Assembly: GCA_035540495.1 (NCBI GenBank)
Contig: DATLGL010000004.1
Coordinates: 568 to 64,567 of the forward strand
Origin: Acidimicrobiales bacterium
GTDB lineage: Bacteria; Actinomycetota; Acidimicrobiia; Acidimicrobiales; CADCTF01
Direction: 5' to 3'
DNA: 64,000 bases
The notes beneath the pieces are model-generated. The model was given only the letters and a program-made list of their open reading frames with translations. It was not told the origin of the DNA and did no database searches. Position 1 is the stretch's first letter, and every line of letters starts with the position of its first letter. The translations under genes and the position numbers were made by a program. Positions 1 through 9,246 of the stretch are shown here, in pieces.

Positions 1-42
1 TGCTCCTCCGCCCGCCACCCAGCACGCGGAGAAAGGCTGATC

Positions 43-1059
43 ATGAAGCAGCTCACGCTCGTCGAACCAGGCACGTTGGAATGGCAGGCAGTCGCCGCGC
101 CGGTGGTGTCGTCACCGACGGGTGCCGTCGTTCGTCCCGTCGCCGCGGCGACGTGCGACTTCGATCACCTGCTCGTCTCTGGAGCCATGCCCCTACCGAT
201 GCCGATCGCGGTCGGCCACGAGTTCGTGGCCGAGGTCGTCGAGGTCGGCTCCGGAGTCGGTGCTGTGGAAGTGGGCGACGTCGTCGTCGTCTCCTTCCAG
301 GCGTCGTGCGGAACCTGCGACAACTGCCGGCGCGGCCTCACGAGCGCCTGCGGCAACGTGACATGGCTCTCCGCGTACGGCCTGGGGGTCCTGGGCGGCG
401 ATCGCGGCGGAGCGATGTCCGACCTCGTCGTGGTGCCCTGGGCAGACGCGATGTTGCGAAAGCTTCCTCCCTCGATCACCCCACATGACGTCGCGGCCGC
501 GAGCTGCAACATCCCCGACGCGTACCGTGCCGTGGCGCCCCATCTCGACGAGCGCCCCGGAGCGCAGGTCTTCATCGTCGGAGGCGCGTTCGGGAACATC
601 AGCCACTACAGCGTCCTCATCGCGAAGGCTCTCGGAGCCGGATCCGTCGACTACTTCAGTCCGGACGCAGAGCAGGCCGCGAAGGCCGAGAGGCTCGGCG
701 CGCGAGTCGTCGGAAGCCCCGTCGAGGTCGCCAGCGAGACCTACGAGGTCGTCGTCGACAACAGCCAGAACCCGGATCTCCTCGCTCTCGCTGTGCGGGC
801 GGCCGCGTCGGCGGGTGTCGTGACGGCAACCACGATGTATCCCGACGCACGCACCCCGGTGCCTCTGATGGACATGTTCGCTCGGTGTGTCACGTTCTCG
901 ACGGGGCAGCCGCATGTCGCCGCGCTCCTCGATGACGTCCTCGGACTGATCGCGACGGGTCGGCTCGACCCAGCGCAGGTCGTGGACGAGGTGGCGCCGT
1001 GGGATGCGGGACCCGACGTGTTCCGGCGAGGCAGCGGCAAGGCCGTCTGCGTGAGGTGA
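43..1059 (+). CDS. Zn-dependent alcohol dehydrogenase (MDR superfamily), host gene left of the island
   Basis: TCDFD catalytic Cys, GHEFV motif, structural Zn CGTCDNCRRG...C cluster, Rossmann-like C-terminal half. Confidence 0.9.
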   Translation: MKQLTLVEPGTLEWQAVAAPVVSSPTGAVVRPVAAATCDFDHLLVSGAMPLPMPIAVGHEFVAEVVEVGSGVGAVEVGDVVVVSFQASCGTCDNCRRGLTSACGNVTWLSAYGLGVLGGDRGGAMSDLVVVPWADAMLRKLPPSITPHDVAAASCNIPDAYRAVAPHLDERPGAQVFIVGGAFGNISHYSVLIAKALGAGSVDYFSPDAEQAAKAERLGARVVGSPVEVASETYEVVVDNSQNPDLLALAVRAAASAGVVTATTMYPDARTPVPLMDMFARCVTFSTGQPHVAALLDDVLGLIATGRLDPAQVVDEVAPWDAGPDVFRRGSGKAVCVR

Positions 1060-1157
1060 CCCTCCGGCTCGTGGACTGGTCGCAGGGTCCCGCACGACGA
1101 GGCTGCTGACGGATCACTCGCACGCGGACGCGTCCGCAGCAACTCGCTCGCTCGCTA

Positions 1158-1261
1158 CGGAAGCTCCTCCTGGCGATCGACGACTCCGGACGCTGACGCA
1201 TCCAGGCGCCGCGGCCGACGGCGGTCCAGCGAGCGCCGAGCGCTCGTTCTCGGAGCTTCCG
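1158..1261. repeat. Inverted repeat / stem-loop lying just 3' of the tRNA in the pre-integration chromosome
   Basis: CGGAAGCTCC (1158-1167) and GGAGCTTCCG (1252-1261) are exact reverse complements; role (terminator or REP-like) not established. Confidence 0.4.
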
Positions 1262-1265
1262 CGCA

Positions 1266-1310
1266 GCGCCCTCGGAAGGATTCGAACCTTCGCACCCGGC
1301 TCCGGAGGCC
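1266..1310 (-). repeat. att site: 45-bp duplicate of the 3' part of tRNA-Arg(CCG)
   Basis: GCGCCCTCGGAAGGATTCGAACCTTCGCACCCGGCTCCGGAGGCC is identical at 1266-1310 and 55000-55044. Confidence 0.96.
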
Positions 1311-1370
1311 ATGCTCTTTTGTAGGGAACTCCCAGGTCAGAGCACCTGTCGCAACGCTGTGGTAAGCCTC

Positions 1371-1389
1371 GTCCCATGGTGGTCCCAAA
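1371..1389 (+). repeat. Putative integrase arm-type site pair, left arm
   Basis: GTCCCA at 1371 and 1382 (11-bp period); TGGTCCCAAA 1380-1389 also occurs at 54894-54903. Confidence 0.65.
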
Positions 1390-2740
1390 CAGGACGGTCA
1401 CGGCGCCGCCGGTGCCGGACGTCGCGGTCTATGGCGTGCAGCAGCGCAAGCGAGACAAACAACACCGTCCGTGGATCGTCCGGTGGTCGGTAGGCCGGCG
1501 GCAGCGAAGCAAGTCGTTCAGGACTCGTAACGAGGCGGAGCGGTACCGTGCCGGCCTCCTCGTAGCGGTGCAGAACGGCCTGTCCTTCGACGCCCAGTCC
1601 GGCGAGCCTGCCGCATGGCAGCCGGCGCCCGAGGACGTTGCCGTCTACCGATGGTCGCAGCAGTGGTTGGCAGAGCAGTGGCCCGAGTGGGCACCGCGCA
1701 CGCGGGACTCGGCCGTTGAAGCGATCGCTCGCTTCGTGGCTCTTCTCGCGCGGCCACTGGCGCCCCCGCCGCCCAGCGGGCTCCGGCGTCACCTGATGAT
1801 GAGCCTTCGCCCCGGCGGGGAGTGCCCTGACCTGGACGCGGAGCGATGGCTGGAGAAGTGGTCACTGCCATTGAACCAACTCAGCCGACCGTTGCTGGCC
1901 TCCGTTGACAGCAGACTCGGCCTGCGCGATGACGGCGGCGCGCTCGCGCCCTCTACCGCCTCACGTTTCCGCAAAGTATCTCGCGCGTGCGTCCGACGCG
2001 CTGTGGACCTCGGGGTGCTCGACGTGGACCCGTGGCCACCCCCGCCGAGGGGACGTTCGAAGCGCAAGGCGGCGCGCGTACGCCACACGGTCAACGTCCG
2101 AGTTCTGCCTGACCCGTCGACGATGGAGCGCATCATCGACGCCCTCGCGTCGTCGCAACCCGCCAGTCGTACGTATCGCGTCATGACTGCCGTCGTGTAC
2201 TACGCCGGATTACGACCATCCGAGGTGGTAATGCTCCGACAAGGAGCGTTGGTCCTACCGAAGCGCGGGTGGGGCCGTATCGAGGTCACGGAGGCAGACA
2301 TCGACTTCGATGTGCCGGGAGAACCAAAGACCGGACCTCGGTCGGTGCCCATCCCTCCGCAGCTCGTGAAGATCCTTGCCGAGTGGGTTGACGCCCATCA
2401 GTTCGGAGCCGGAGACCTTCTCTTCCGGACGCGGACTGGGCGCCGTCCGGCCAGGTCGAACTGGTCGCGCGCTCTTCAGCGCGCGACCGCGGCCTCCGGC
2501 GCCCACCCGATGCGCGTATATGACTGTCGGCACGCCGCAGCTACGACCTGGCTCCGGGCGGGTGTCCCGCTTGGCGAAGTGGCCAAGCGACTCGGCCACA
2601 GCGTCGAGACGCTTGTCTCGACGTACGTCGGAGCGCTAGAGGGCGACGAGGTACTCGCGAATGATCGAATTGAACAAGCGCTGACGCCACCGCCGAAGGA
2701 GACCGCAAGGAGTCGAAGCAAGATAGAACGGTCACCGTGA
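1376..2740 (+). CDS. Tyrosine recombinase / ICE integrase (true start may be the GTG at 1412)
   Basis: Catalytic R in AGLRPSE, K in EPKT, YDCRHAA (H replaced by C in HxxR), LGHS and Y in STYV; immediately adjacent to att. Confidence 0.93.
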   Translation: MVVPNRTVTAPPVPDVAVYGVQQRKRDKQHRPWIVRWSVGRRQRSKSFRTRNEAERYRAGLLVAVQNGLSFDAQSGEPAAWQPAPEDVAVYRWSQQWLAEQWPEWAPRTRDSAVEAIARFVALLARPLAPPPPSGLRRHLMMSLRPGGECPDLDAERWLEKWSLPLNQLSRPLLASVDSRLGLRDDGGALAPSTASRFRKVSRACVRRAVDLGVLDVDPWPPPPRGRSKRKAARVRHTVNVRVLPDPSTMERIIDALASSQPASRTYRVMTAVVYYAGLRPSEVVMLRQGALVLPKRGWGRIEVTEADIDFDVPGEPKTGPRSVPIPPQLVKILAEWVDAHQFGAGDLLFRTRTGRRPARSNWSRALQRATAASGAHPMRVYDCRHAAATTWLRAGVPLGEVAKRLGHSVETLVSTYVGALEGDEVLANDRIEQALTPPPKETARSRSKIERSP

Positions 2741-2750
2741 ATCTGGGCGC

Positions 2751-2782
2751 GCGTTCGGCTCGGCTCGGTTCACGCCGAACGC
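2751..2782. repeat. 9-bp inverted repeat directly after the integrase
   Basis: GCGTTCGGC (2751-2759), 14-nt spacer, GCCGAACGC (2774-2782). Confidence 0.5.
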
Positions 2783-2808
2783 CGATTACGGGCGGTCGAT
2801 GTCAACGG

Positions 2809-3396
2809 CTAGAGATGAAACCCCGGTGGTTGACGGAGGTGAGGTGCGGCGGACTTTGTGGTCCGAACGGCCTGCAGAGTTGGTAGCCACTCATAAAAAA
2901 GCTGCTTCGCGGACAAGAGCTCGACGCCGAACTGGTCAAGCCGGCGCAACCCGTGTTGGTGCGCTGGCCCAGGTGAGAACGTGGCGTCGACGACTACCGC
3001 GACGCGGTGACCATGGGCTGCGAGTCCAATTGCAGAGTGAGCAACGCAGACGTCTGTCTCCATCCCGACGAGGACAGCGGTCTGCCGTCCGAGTGCGGCT
3101 ACGGCGGCGTGGATGTCGGCCTGGGCTGCAAGGTCGAAGGTGTGCTTCTCGTAGACTGTTTGAGTTCCCGCCGCAGCGATCACGGCGTCCGCTGGCGGTC
3201 CGTTGCGATCGGGGCGCTCTGCGGTGAGGATCGTCGGGACCTGCAGAGCCCGCGCCAGATGGGTGACCCATACGACGGAGTCGATGAAGGTGGAGAAGAT
3301 GTCTGGATCGACGTCTGGGCGTTCCCGATAGAAGCCCGGTTGGGCGTCGATCACCGCGACGAAGCTCTCCGGAGCGCTCAGGAGCGAGGCCGCCAC
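2809..3396 (-). CDS. Isochorismatase-family cysteine hydrolase
   Basis: VIDAQ, EKHTF and GMETDVCV motifs; GTG at 3396 overlaps the TAG of the upstream DUF402-like gene. Confidence 0.85.
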   Translation of the reverse strand: MAASLLSAPESFVAVIDAQPGFYRERPDVDPDIFSTFIDSVVWVTHLARALQVPTILTAERPDRNGPPADAVIAAAGTQTVYEKHTFDLAAQADIHAAVAALGRQTAVLVGMETDVCVAHSAIGLAAHGHRVAVVVDATFSPGPAHQHGLRRLDQFGVELLSAKQLFYEWLPTLQAVRTTKSAAPHLRQPPGFHL

Positions 3397-4082
3397 TACG
3401 CCGCGTTCTCGATGCGCCATCGTCGTTCTCCGTCGATCAGGAGGTTCGGTCTTGGCCATTCCTGTGGTGGGCGCCAGTCTTGCCAGGCCTCGTTGAACGG
3501 CCACGCTCGTCGCTCGACGCGCTCGATCATGCGCTCGGCCTCTGCTAGGGCGGTGGCTCGTTCAGCCTTGGTCAAGAGCCCGAGGTTGCAGGCGGCCTCG
3601 AACTCGTCGCGGTCCTTCCATGCCCACGTGAGGTCTGGCTCCACCTTGAGGTCCAGGTAGTAATCACCGCGGCACCCGCGCCCGATTGCGATCCCGACCG
3701 GCGTGCGCTCGTATGGTGATTGCAGGTTGATGTACCACCCGAAGAAACGCCAGTCCGGCCACCAGAACGCCCAGAAAGAGTGGTGCGTGGCGTGCGGATT
3801 TAGCGTGAGCACGTGAAACCTGACGGGTCGCTCCTCAAGCGGCTGCGGCTCGGTGAGTTCGTACACCCGCATCCGCTCGTCGAGTGGGATTGAGGGCCTC
3901 CGCGGCATGGTTCCGTCCACCCGAGTGCTTCCGGCACGGGTGTAGAGCGAGAGATAGCCCTCGCAGTCCTCAGCGACGACCACCGGGAAGGCGGTTATGA
4001 GGTGGCCAGCGTAATAATTCTCTTGAACCACGACGTCGCCGGGGCTCCACGCAATCGAAGGACTCCAGCACGCCTCGGGCAC
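3396..4082 (-). CDS. DUF402-domain protein (start approximate)
   Basis: GWYINLQSP, DYYLDLKVEPDLTWAWKDRDEF pattern; it is the C-terminal half of the 504-aa ORF. Confidence 0.7.
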   Translation of the reverse strand: MPEACWSPSIAWSPGDVVVQENYYAGHLITAFPVVVAEDCEGYLSLYTRAGSTRVDGTMPRRPSIPLDERMRVYELTEPQPLEERPVRFHVLTLNPHATHHSFWAFWWPDWRFFGWYINLQSPYERTPVGIAIGRGCRGDYYLDLKVEPDLTWAWKDRDEFEAACNLGLLTKAERATALAEAERMIERVERRAWPFNEAWQDWRPPQEWPRPNLLIDGERRWRIENAA

Positions 4083-4272
4083 GCTTGAACTATCGCAAAC
4101 CGGACGCAGAATCGCACAGCGCGCGTGGCCACGGAACGCGTGCGCGACGGAGGGAACGCCGGACCGGGGTGCGAGTCCAGCCAGCTCTTGAAAAACTGGG
4201 TGTGACAACGGCGAGCGAGTTCTGGCGGAAGCGAGTGATCGCACTCGCCCCGGGGCGCCGGTCTGGTATGGC

Positions 4273-4910
4273 TCAGCTCGCTCGCTCGATCTGCTGATGA
4301 ATTGCGTGGCGAAGTCTCCGGGCGACGACGTAGGATCGGCGGCTTCCGTTAGCCATCGGACCACGACGAACCTCCGCGCGCCGGCCTCCGCCATCGGGGC
4401 GACAGTGTCGGGTCGAACGTTGCCCGTGACGAAGATCGGCGTAGCGACTCGCGCGGCGGCGTCAGCGACGACCGAGAGCCGCACGGGGTCGCGGGTTGGA
4501 TGAGTATCGGTGCGCATCACCGGACCGACGGAGACATAGTCGACCGGCTGATCTGCAGCCTTTGACAGCTGGGCGCCTCCGCGCGTCGAGAGGCCGATGA
4601 TGGCGCTGGGGCCAAGGATGCGGCGGGCGAGACCAGGCGGAGCGTCGCGCTGTCCGACATGCACGCCGTCGGCGCCAATCTCGAGGGCGAGGTCCGGACG
4701 GTCGTTGAGTAGAAACGGGACCCCGAGGTCTTGGCACACCCGGAAGGCCACACGGCCGCGCTCGACGAGCGAGCGGGGGTCGAGTTGTTTGTCCCGTAGC
4801 TGAACGACGTCGACGCCGCCGCGAACGCACGCCGCAATGAAGCGTTCTAGGTCGGGCCGATCGGGCGTACACAGGTAGAGAACGCGGTTCGTGAGTCGAC
4901 TCAATGTCAT
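4273..4910 (-). pseudogene. Thiamine-phosphate synthase-like (ThiE/TenI family) gene with a frameshift near the 3' end
   Basis: VQLRDK, LLNDRPDLA, ADGVHVGQ and IIGLST motifs; GGAGG RBS before ATG 4910; expected C-terminus (YVVARRLRHAIHQQIERAS*, stop 4273) is in another frame from about 4333. Confidence 0.7.
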
Positions 4911-5170
4911 CGTCCTCCTACGGCACCCCGACCAATCAAATCAACTTCGTCGGCCGACACCTCATCAGCCTCGCAGCCGTCAACGAAGTAGCGGTGTGGG
5001 ATCCGGCGTCGGAGCGCGGCAAAAGCGCCGCACGAAAGCGGTCCGACCAGCCGACGGCGCACATACCGACGGGTCCGCGCGCGGTTGTACCGCGACCTAT
5101 CGCGCTGGAGATGCGTCGCGACGATCTCCGTCGACAAGCGAAAAGCGTGCTGCCGTAGCGTCGGCGGTCG

Positions 5171-5947
5171 ATGACGACGCGCACGTCGGTTCAGGGTCTT
5201 CTTGAGGAGTTCGTTTCTGCGCTGAATGTTGCCGGTCTCAGCGCGCAGCTCACGCCCGATCCTGTGCGGGCCGAGGAGATCGTCGCCGCCCTCGCCGAGC
5301 CGGCTACAGATCCAGATCACCGGATCGACTGGATCGTCATCAACAACCGACGCGTGGACGCCACCGTCGTGTCGGGCGACCGCGAGTGGCGCATCGCGTG
5401 TTCGATCGATGGTGAAGGTGTTCACTCGGCGTCCGCCTTCGCGCGACCGGCTCCCTTCCAGGGCGTCGCCGGCGGTCGTGCCGTGATCATCACCGGTCCC
5501 TCGAGCGCTGGAAAGACGACCGTTATGCGGGCTGTGGTCGACACAGCGCTCACACCGTGGGTGATGTTCGACGAGCTGTTCTTCGGAACGGTGGCCTGGC
5601 CGTTCCTGATTTGGCCTGACCAGTCGCCGACCCTGAGACGCGGGTTCATCGCCGGGATCGCGGCCCTGGCGTCTGCAGGCAATCAGGTCATCCTCACGAG
5701 CGGTGCCGCCAGCCCAGAGGAGCTGGACCCAATCGTCAGATCCGTCCCGACGGTGATCGTCGGGCTCGACTGCCCGCTGGAGGTCCGGATCGCTCGCCAG
5801 CAGGCGCGCGCCGACAGGTGGGGCGGCCTCACCGAAGAGTCCGACGACTCTCATGCCGGCTGGGTCCTGGACGCCCGTTTCGATACCGACAGACTCTCCT
5901 CTCTCGAGGTCGCTGGCGCCATCCTCGAACTCGTCGGCGAACCGTGA
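5171..5947 (+). CDS. Chloramphenicol-phosphotransferase-like P-loop kinase with an extra N-terminal domain
   Basis: IIT-GPSSAGKT Walker A, VGLDCPLEVRIARQQARADR lid region, DTDRLS near C-terminus. Confidence 0.7.
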   Translation: MTTRTSVQGLLEEFVSALNVAGLSAQLTPDPVRAEEIVAALAEPATDPDHRIDWIVINNRRVDATVVSGDREWRIACSIDGEGVHSASAFARPAPFQGVAGGRAVIITGPSSAGKTTVMRAVVDTALTPWVMFDELFFGTVAWPFLIWPDQSPTLRRGFIAGIAALASAGNQVILTSGAASPEELDPIVRSVPTVIVGLDCPLEVRIARQQARADRWGGLTEESDDSHAGWVLDARFDTDRLSSLEVAGAILELVGEP

Positions 5948-6009
5948 CGGCAGCCGACCCGAACGACGGCTACGCGCTGTCCGAAGTCGCGACAGATTGC
6001 TCCTGTCGG

Positions 6010-6846
6010 CTACAAGACGTTGGCCGCTCTCCAGGCTGCGACGACCTGCAAGAACTCCTCTGTCTCCTCCACGTACGGAGTGTGACCCGACCGCTTGAAC
6101 AGGTGGAGCGTCGCAGCTGGCGGCGCGACTTCGGCCGTCCATGCGCCCGGCGGAGCGACGAAGTCGTACTCCCCGAACGCCAAGAGCACCGGCTGCTGGA
6201 GCCGCCGAAAGAGGCTCTGCCAGTCGACCGCCTTTCCACTCTCGAAGATTGATGAGACCCAGTTTCCGTTGAGCGTCGCCAGTGCGTCGAGCTCCGTCGG
6301 ATCGAACTCGAGGTCGTACCACTGGCGGAGTCGGGATTCCGACTGGAGGCGTGCCCGGTCTTCATCGCTAGTTGCCGCCTCGTGGGCCTTGATGATCTCG
6401 TTCGCGCGGCGCCGACGGTCGGGCTCAGCGTGGCTCTCCCAGTACGCGGCCACGGCTGCTTGATCGGGCGGGAGTGACGATGGCGGGGTCACGGCGATGA
6501 CACCGCTGCAGGCTTCGGTCGATGCCGCTGCGAACGCAAGGCAGCCGTTCATCGAATGGCCGAAGAGGACGGGCTTCTCGCCGATGCGCTCGACCACATC
6601 GTGCACGGCGTCCACTACCGCATCGATGGTTGAGGCGCCGGCCGGGGAAACGGCACTTCCTCCGCCGGGCAGCTCGACGAGATTGACCGTGAACAGGTCG
6701 CAGAGTTCGGCGGGTAGCGCGGCAACCATCCACTCGGCCATGGGCGTGATCACGAGGAGCGCCGTCTCGGCTTGGCCCGCCTTCGACAAACGGATCTCGC
6801 CGACCCGCGTCTCGACCGTCGCTGCGGTGTGCACCTGTAGCGCCAT
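6010..6846 (-). CDS. Alpha/beta-fold hydrolase
   Basis: GHSMNG nucleophile elbow, GEYD, SGHTPYVEE; start reassigned to ATG 6846. Confidence 0.85.
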   Translation of the reverse strand: MALQVHTAATVETRVGEIRLSKAGQAETALLVITPMAEWMVAALPAELCDLFTVNLVELPGGGSAVSPAGASTIDAVVDAVHDVVERIGEKPVLFGHSMNGCLAFAAASTEACSGVIAVTPPSSLPPDQAAVAAYWESHAEPDRRRRANEIIKAHEAATSDEDRARLQSESRLRQWYDLEFDPTELDALATLNGNWVSSIFESGKAVDWQSLFRRLQQPVLLAFGEYDFVAPPGAWTAEVAPPAATLHLFKRSGHTPYVEETEEFLQVVAAWRAANVL

Positions 6847-6946
6847 GTGCTCGAGCCAAGCACGCTCGCCGAGCTGACGGCGAGCAGAGTGCCTGCCTGG
6901 CGGTCGCTCGCGAACGCCATCCGACCGGAACGACGGATAGTGGCCG

Positions 6947-7753
6947 TCAAGAGGGCGCGACGGAACCCCGCAGTCCAGCCCCATCGATCCACTCCGCGAA
7001 CTCGTCGGCGGCTTCGAGCTGCGGTCGAGGGTCCGACCGCTCCGACCACACCCGGTCGTACAACGAGATCGCTTCAGAGGGGATGCCGAGGTGCTGCATC
7101 ACTCGGCGAACCCACTTCAGCCCGGGGTAGTAGTGCCCATGGACGGCGAACAGCGCGACGAGCTGCACGGCGATCGACTGGGCAAGCACGTACGCGAAGA
7201 CGAGGTGGTCACCGCGGTCCGCCGCCTTCGCGAGCTCGGTCTTGGCATATGCCCAGTCATTGCGTGCCCGCCGGCACGCTTCTGCCACCGCGGTCTCGGG
7301 CACCGATGCGGTCGCTTGTCGGTAGCCGGCGGCGGCGCCGTCCTCATCGACGACGACCGAGCCTCGGAGAAACCCTGATCGCACCTGGAGCGTGGTGAGG
7401 TCGTTCGCGAGCCGTCGCCCATCAGCGTCCGCAGCCATCCGGCGCGCAAAGGCGTCGCCAGCGTGGTGACCGAGGTTGAACTCCTGGTCGTGCCGCCACA
7501 GCCGATCGATCGCGAGGTCCGAGGCGTCGTAGGTGAACAACTCCACCGAGGGATCGTCGTGAAGTTCGCTGAGCCATGTCCGCTGCAGCGGGATGTCGTG
7601 TTGCCACACGACAACGACGTCGAGGTCGGCTTCCTCAGTGAATCCCGAGGCCAGCGATCCCTGGACGTAGCAGAGGTGCACGTCGCCATGCGCTTGGAGG
7701 ACGGGCAGGACATCGCTGCGAAGCAGCTCCAGCGATCGCGCCAGCGCGTTCAT
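6947..7753 (-). CDS. Nucleotidyltransferase (Pol-beta superfamily) with DUF4037-like C-terminus
   Basis: QGSLASG...ADLDVVVVW (GS/DxD) and HYYPGLKW motifs. Confidence 0.75.
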   Translation of the reverse strand: MNALARSLELLRSDVLPVLQAHGDVHLCYVQGSLASGFTEEADLDVVVVWQHDIPLQRTWLSELHDDPSVELFTYDASDLAIDRLWRHDQEFNLGHHAGDAFARRMAADADGRRLANDLTTLQVRSGFLRGSVVVDEDGAAAGYRQATASVPETAVAEACRRARNDWAYAKTELAKAADRGDHLVFAYVLAQSIAVQLVALFAVHGHYYPGLKWVRRVMQHLGIPSEAISLYDRVWSERSDPRPQLEAADEFAEWIDGAGLRGSVAPS

Positions 7754-7864
7754 CGGTACAGCATTCTGATCCGGTGGTCCGGTCGCAAACCCTCAGCGTC
7801 AACGGTGGCTGCCGAACGCGACACATCGAGGCTCGGCGCGCGTGTGGCACAGATGCCCGCGCGG

Positions 7865-8278
7865 CTACTCCGGGTCAAACCCTGGTGCCCAAGCGAACTC
7901 CCATCGGTTGCCCTCGACATCGGCGACATAGCCCGAGTAGCCGCCCCACTCGCGCTCGACGGGATCTCCGACAGCAGAGCCTCCGACAGCGACGGCGTCC
8001 GCGATGGCACGATCAACGTCTGCTCGCGACGTGAAGTTGATGGAGAACGTCACGCCGTTCCAACCATCGCGCTCACGCGTGAGCGCATTGGTGGCAGCTT
8101 CGTCGGCGAGGCGATCGATCGGAAAGATCGCAAGGACGACAGATCCCACCCGGAACGAGACGTAGTCGTCGGATCCACCTTCGTTCTCGCGCCAGCCCCA
8201 GTGGCGGTAGAAGTCGCGCAGCGCGCTCACCGACCAAGCGCCGATGGTCACGAAGTTCAGGCGCTGCGGCACGGGCAT
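7865..8278 (-). CDS. VOC/glyoxalase family protein
   Basis: FVTIGA...LRDFY, REWGGYSGYVADVEGNRWE. Confidence 0.9.
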   Translation of the reverse strand: MPVPQRLNFVTIGAWSVSALRDFYRHWGWRENEGGSDDYVSFRVGSVVLAIFPIDRLADEAATNALTRERDGWNGVTFSINFTSRADVDRAIADAVAVGGSAVGDPVEREWGGYSGYVADVEGNRWEFAWAPGFDPE

Positions 8279-8380
8279 GACGTCAGCCTTGCGTACGGAG
8301 ACGGATGCGTGCGCTGGTCTGGCGCGACGTAATGCGCAGCGGGCCGTGAACCCTCACGCCGACTCGGTACGGCTTGACGA

Positions 8381-8719
8381 CTACTGCTCCGAGAGGAGTT
8401 CGGTCCTGAAGTCCGCGAGCCATGCTCCTGAGCGCGATACCAACAGGATGGCCACGGCTCCCAGCGCTACGAATAGGGCCGCGACCACGACGTGGGTCCA
8501 CCTGCCACCGCGAAGTGAAACCCAAGCCGTGCGGACTGCTCCCCCGACGCTCGCGGCTGCGAGCATGTAGCCGACTACAGCGAGGGCGGGCGACTGCCAG
8601 GACCACTGCCAGTTGGCGCGCGTCGTCAGCGGATAGGTGCCACCAGTGACGACGAGGGCAATGCACGCCAGGCCAAGTGCTGTAGCGGCCGCGCCGGGAG
8701 TAGTCAGGTGAAAGCGCAC
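8381..8719 (-). CDS. Small membrane protein, unknown function
   Basis: Three hydrophobic segments; fills the gap between two motif sites. Confidence 0.5.
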   Translation of the reverse strand: MRFHLTTPGAAATALGLACIALVVTGGTYPLTTRANWQWSWQSPALAVVGYMLAAASVGGAVRTAWVSLRGGRWTHVVVAALFVALGAVAILLVSRSGAWLADFRTELLSEQ

Positions 8720-8827
8720 ACCGACATTGTTCCTTGGAACGACGCGGCACTGCAGTCGTCAGAGCCGCGAGCGCGCCATCCACACCCCGCGCGCTGAACC
8801 AGCGGGTCGCTGCGCCACAATCACGCG

Positions 8828-9136
8828 GTGAAGACTGTCCGACTCGCCGTGGTGGTGGTGGTTGCTGCCGTGGCGTTCGTGGCCGCGGCCGCGCTGGTTG
8901 CCGCGAACGCCCGGCCCGAGCCTGGGCCGTGCAACGACACTGCCATCGTCGAGTTGCAGACCGGCAGCCGACAAGTAGGGCGGAGTCAGACAGCGCCGAT
9001 CTGTGCTGCCCCGGAGGCGCCAGGATGGTTGGTCGTCGCCGGAGGGGCGGTTGCAGCGGGCGCGGTTGTCGCCGGTTACGTGCTGCTGGCTCGAGGGCGA
9101 TCGGGCGGGCGACGCCGCGTCGAACTGGTGGCGTAG
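8828..9136 (+). CDS. Small membrane protein, unknown function
   Basis: N- and C-terminal hydrophobic helices around a Cys-containing loop. Confidence 0.55.
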   Translation: MKTVRLAVVVVVAAVAFVAAAALVAANARPEPGPCNDTAIVELQTGSRQVGRSQTAPICAAPEAPGWLVVAGGAVAAGAVVAGYVLLARGRSGGRRRVELVA

Positions 9137-9246
9137 ACGCCGGCGCGCCCCGGCTCGGACGGGCGGGGCCCGGGACGGAACGCACCGGTCAACGGCGCGC
9201 CACAACGACGGGCGAGAACGATGGCAGGGACGGGCAAGCTGGGAGC

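Noticed and set aside
3396-4910. 504-aa ThiE-DUF402 fusion in the ORF track
   Set aside because: The linker is low-quality sequence, and the natural ThiE C-terminus with a stop at 4273 exists in another frame; better explained by a frameshift.
4904-5158. 84-aa ORF as a possible transposase remnant
   Set aside because: Only a vague resemblance (INFVGRH); it overlaps the thiE-like RBS and a boundary-motif variant; unsupported.
4911-5170. TPP riboswitch upstream of the thiE-like gene
   Set aside because: GGGGTGCC is present, but the CTGAGA and CCTGATC...AATGC...GCG.AGGGA elements are not recognisable.
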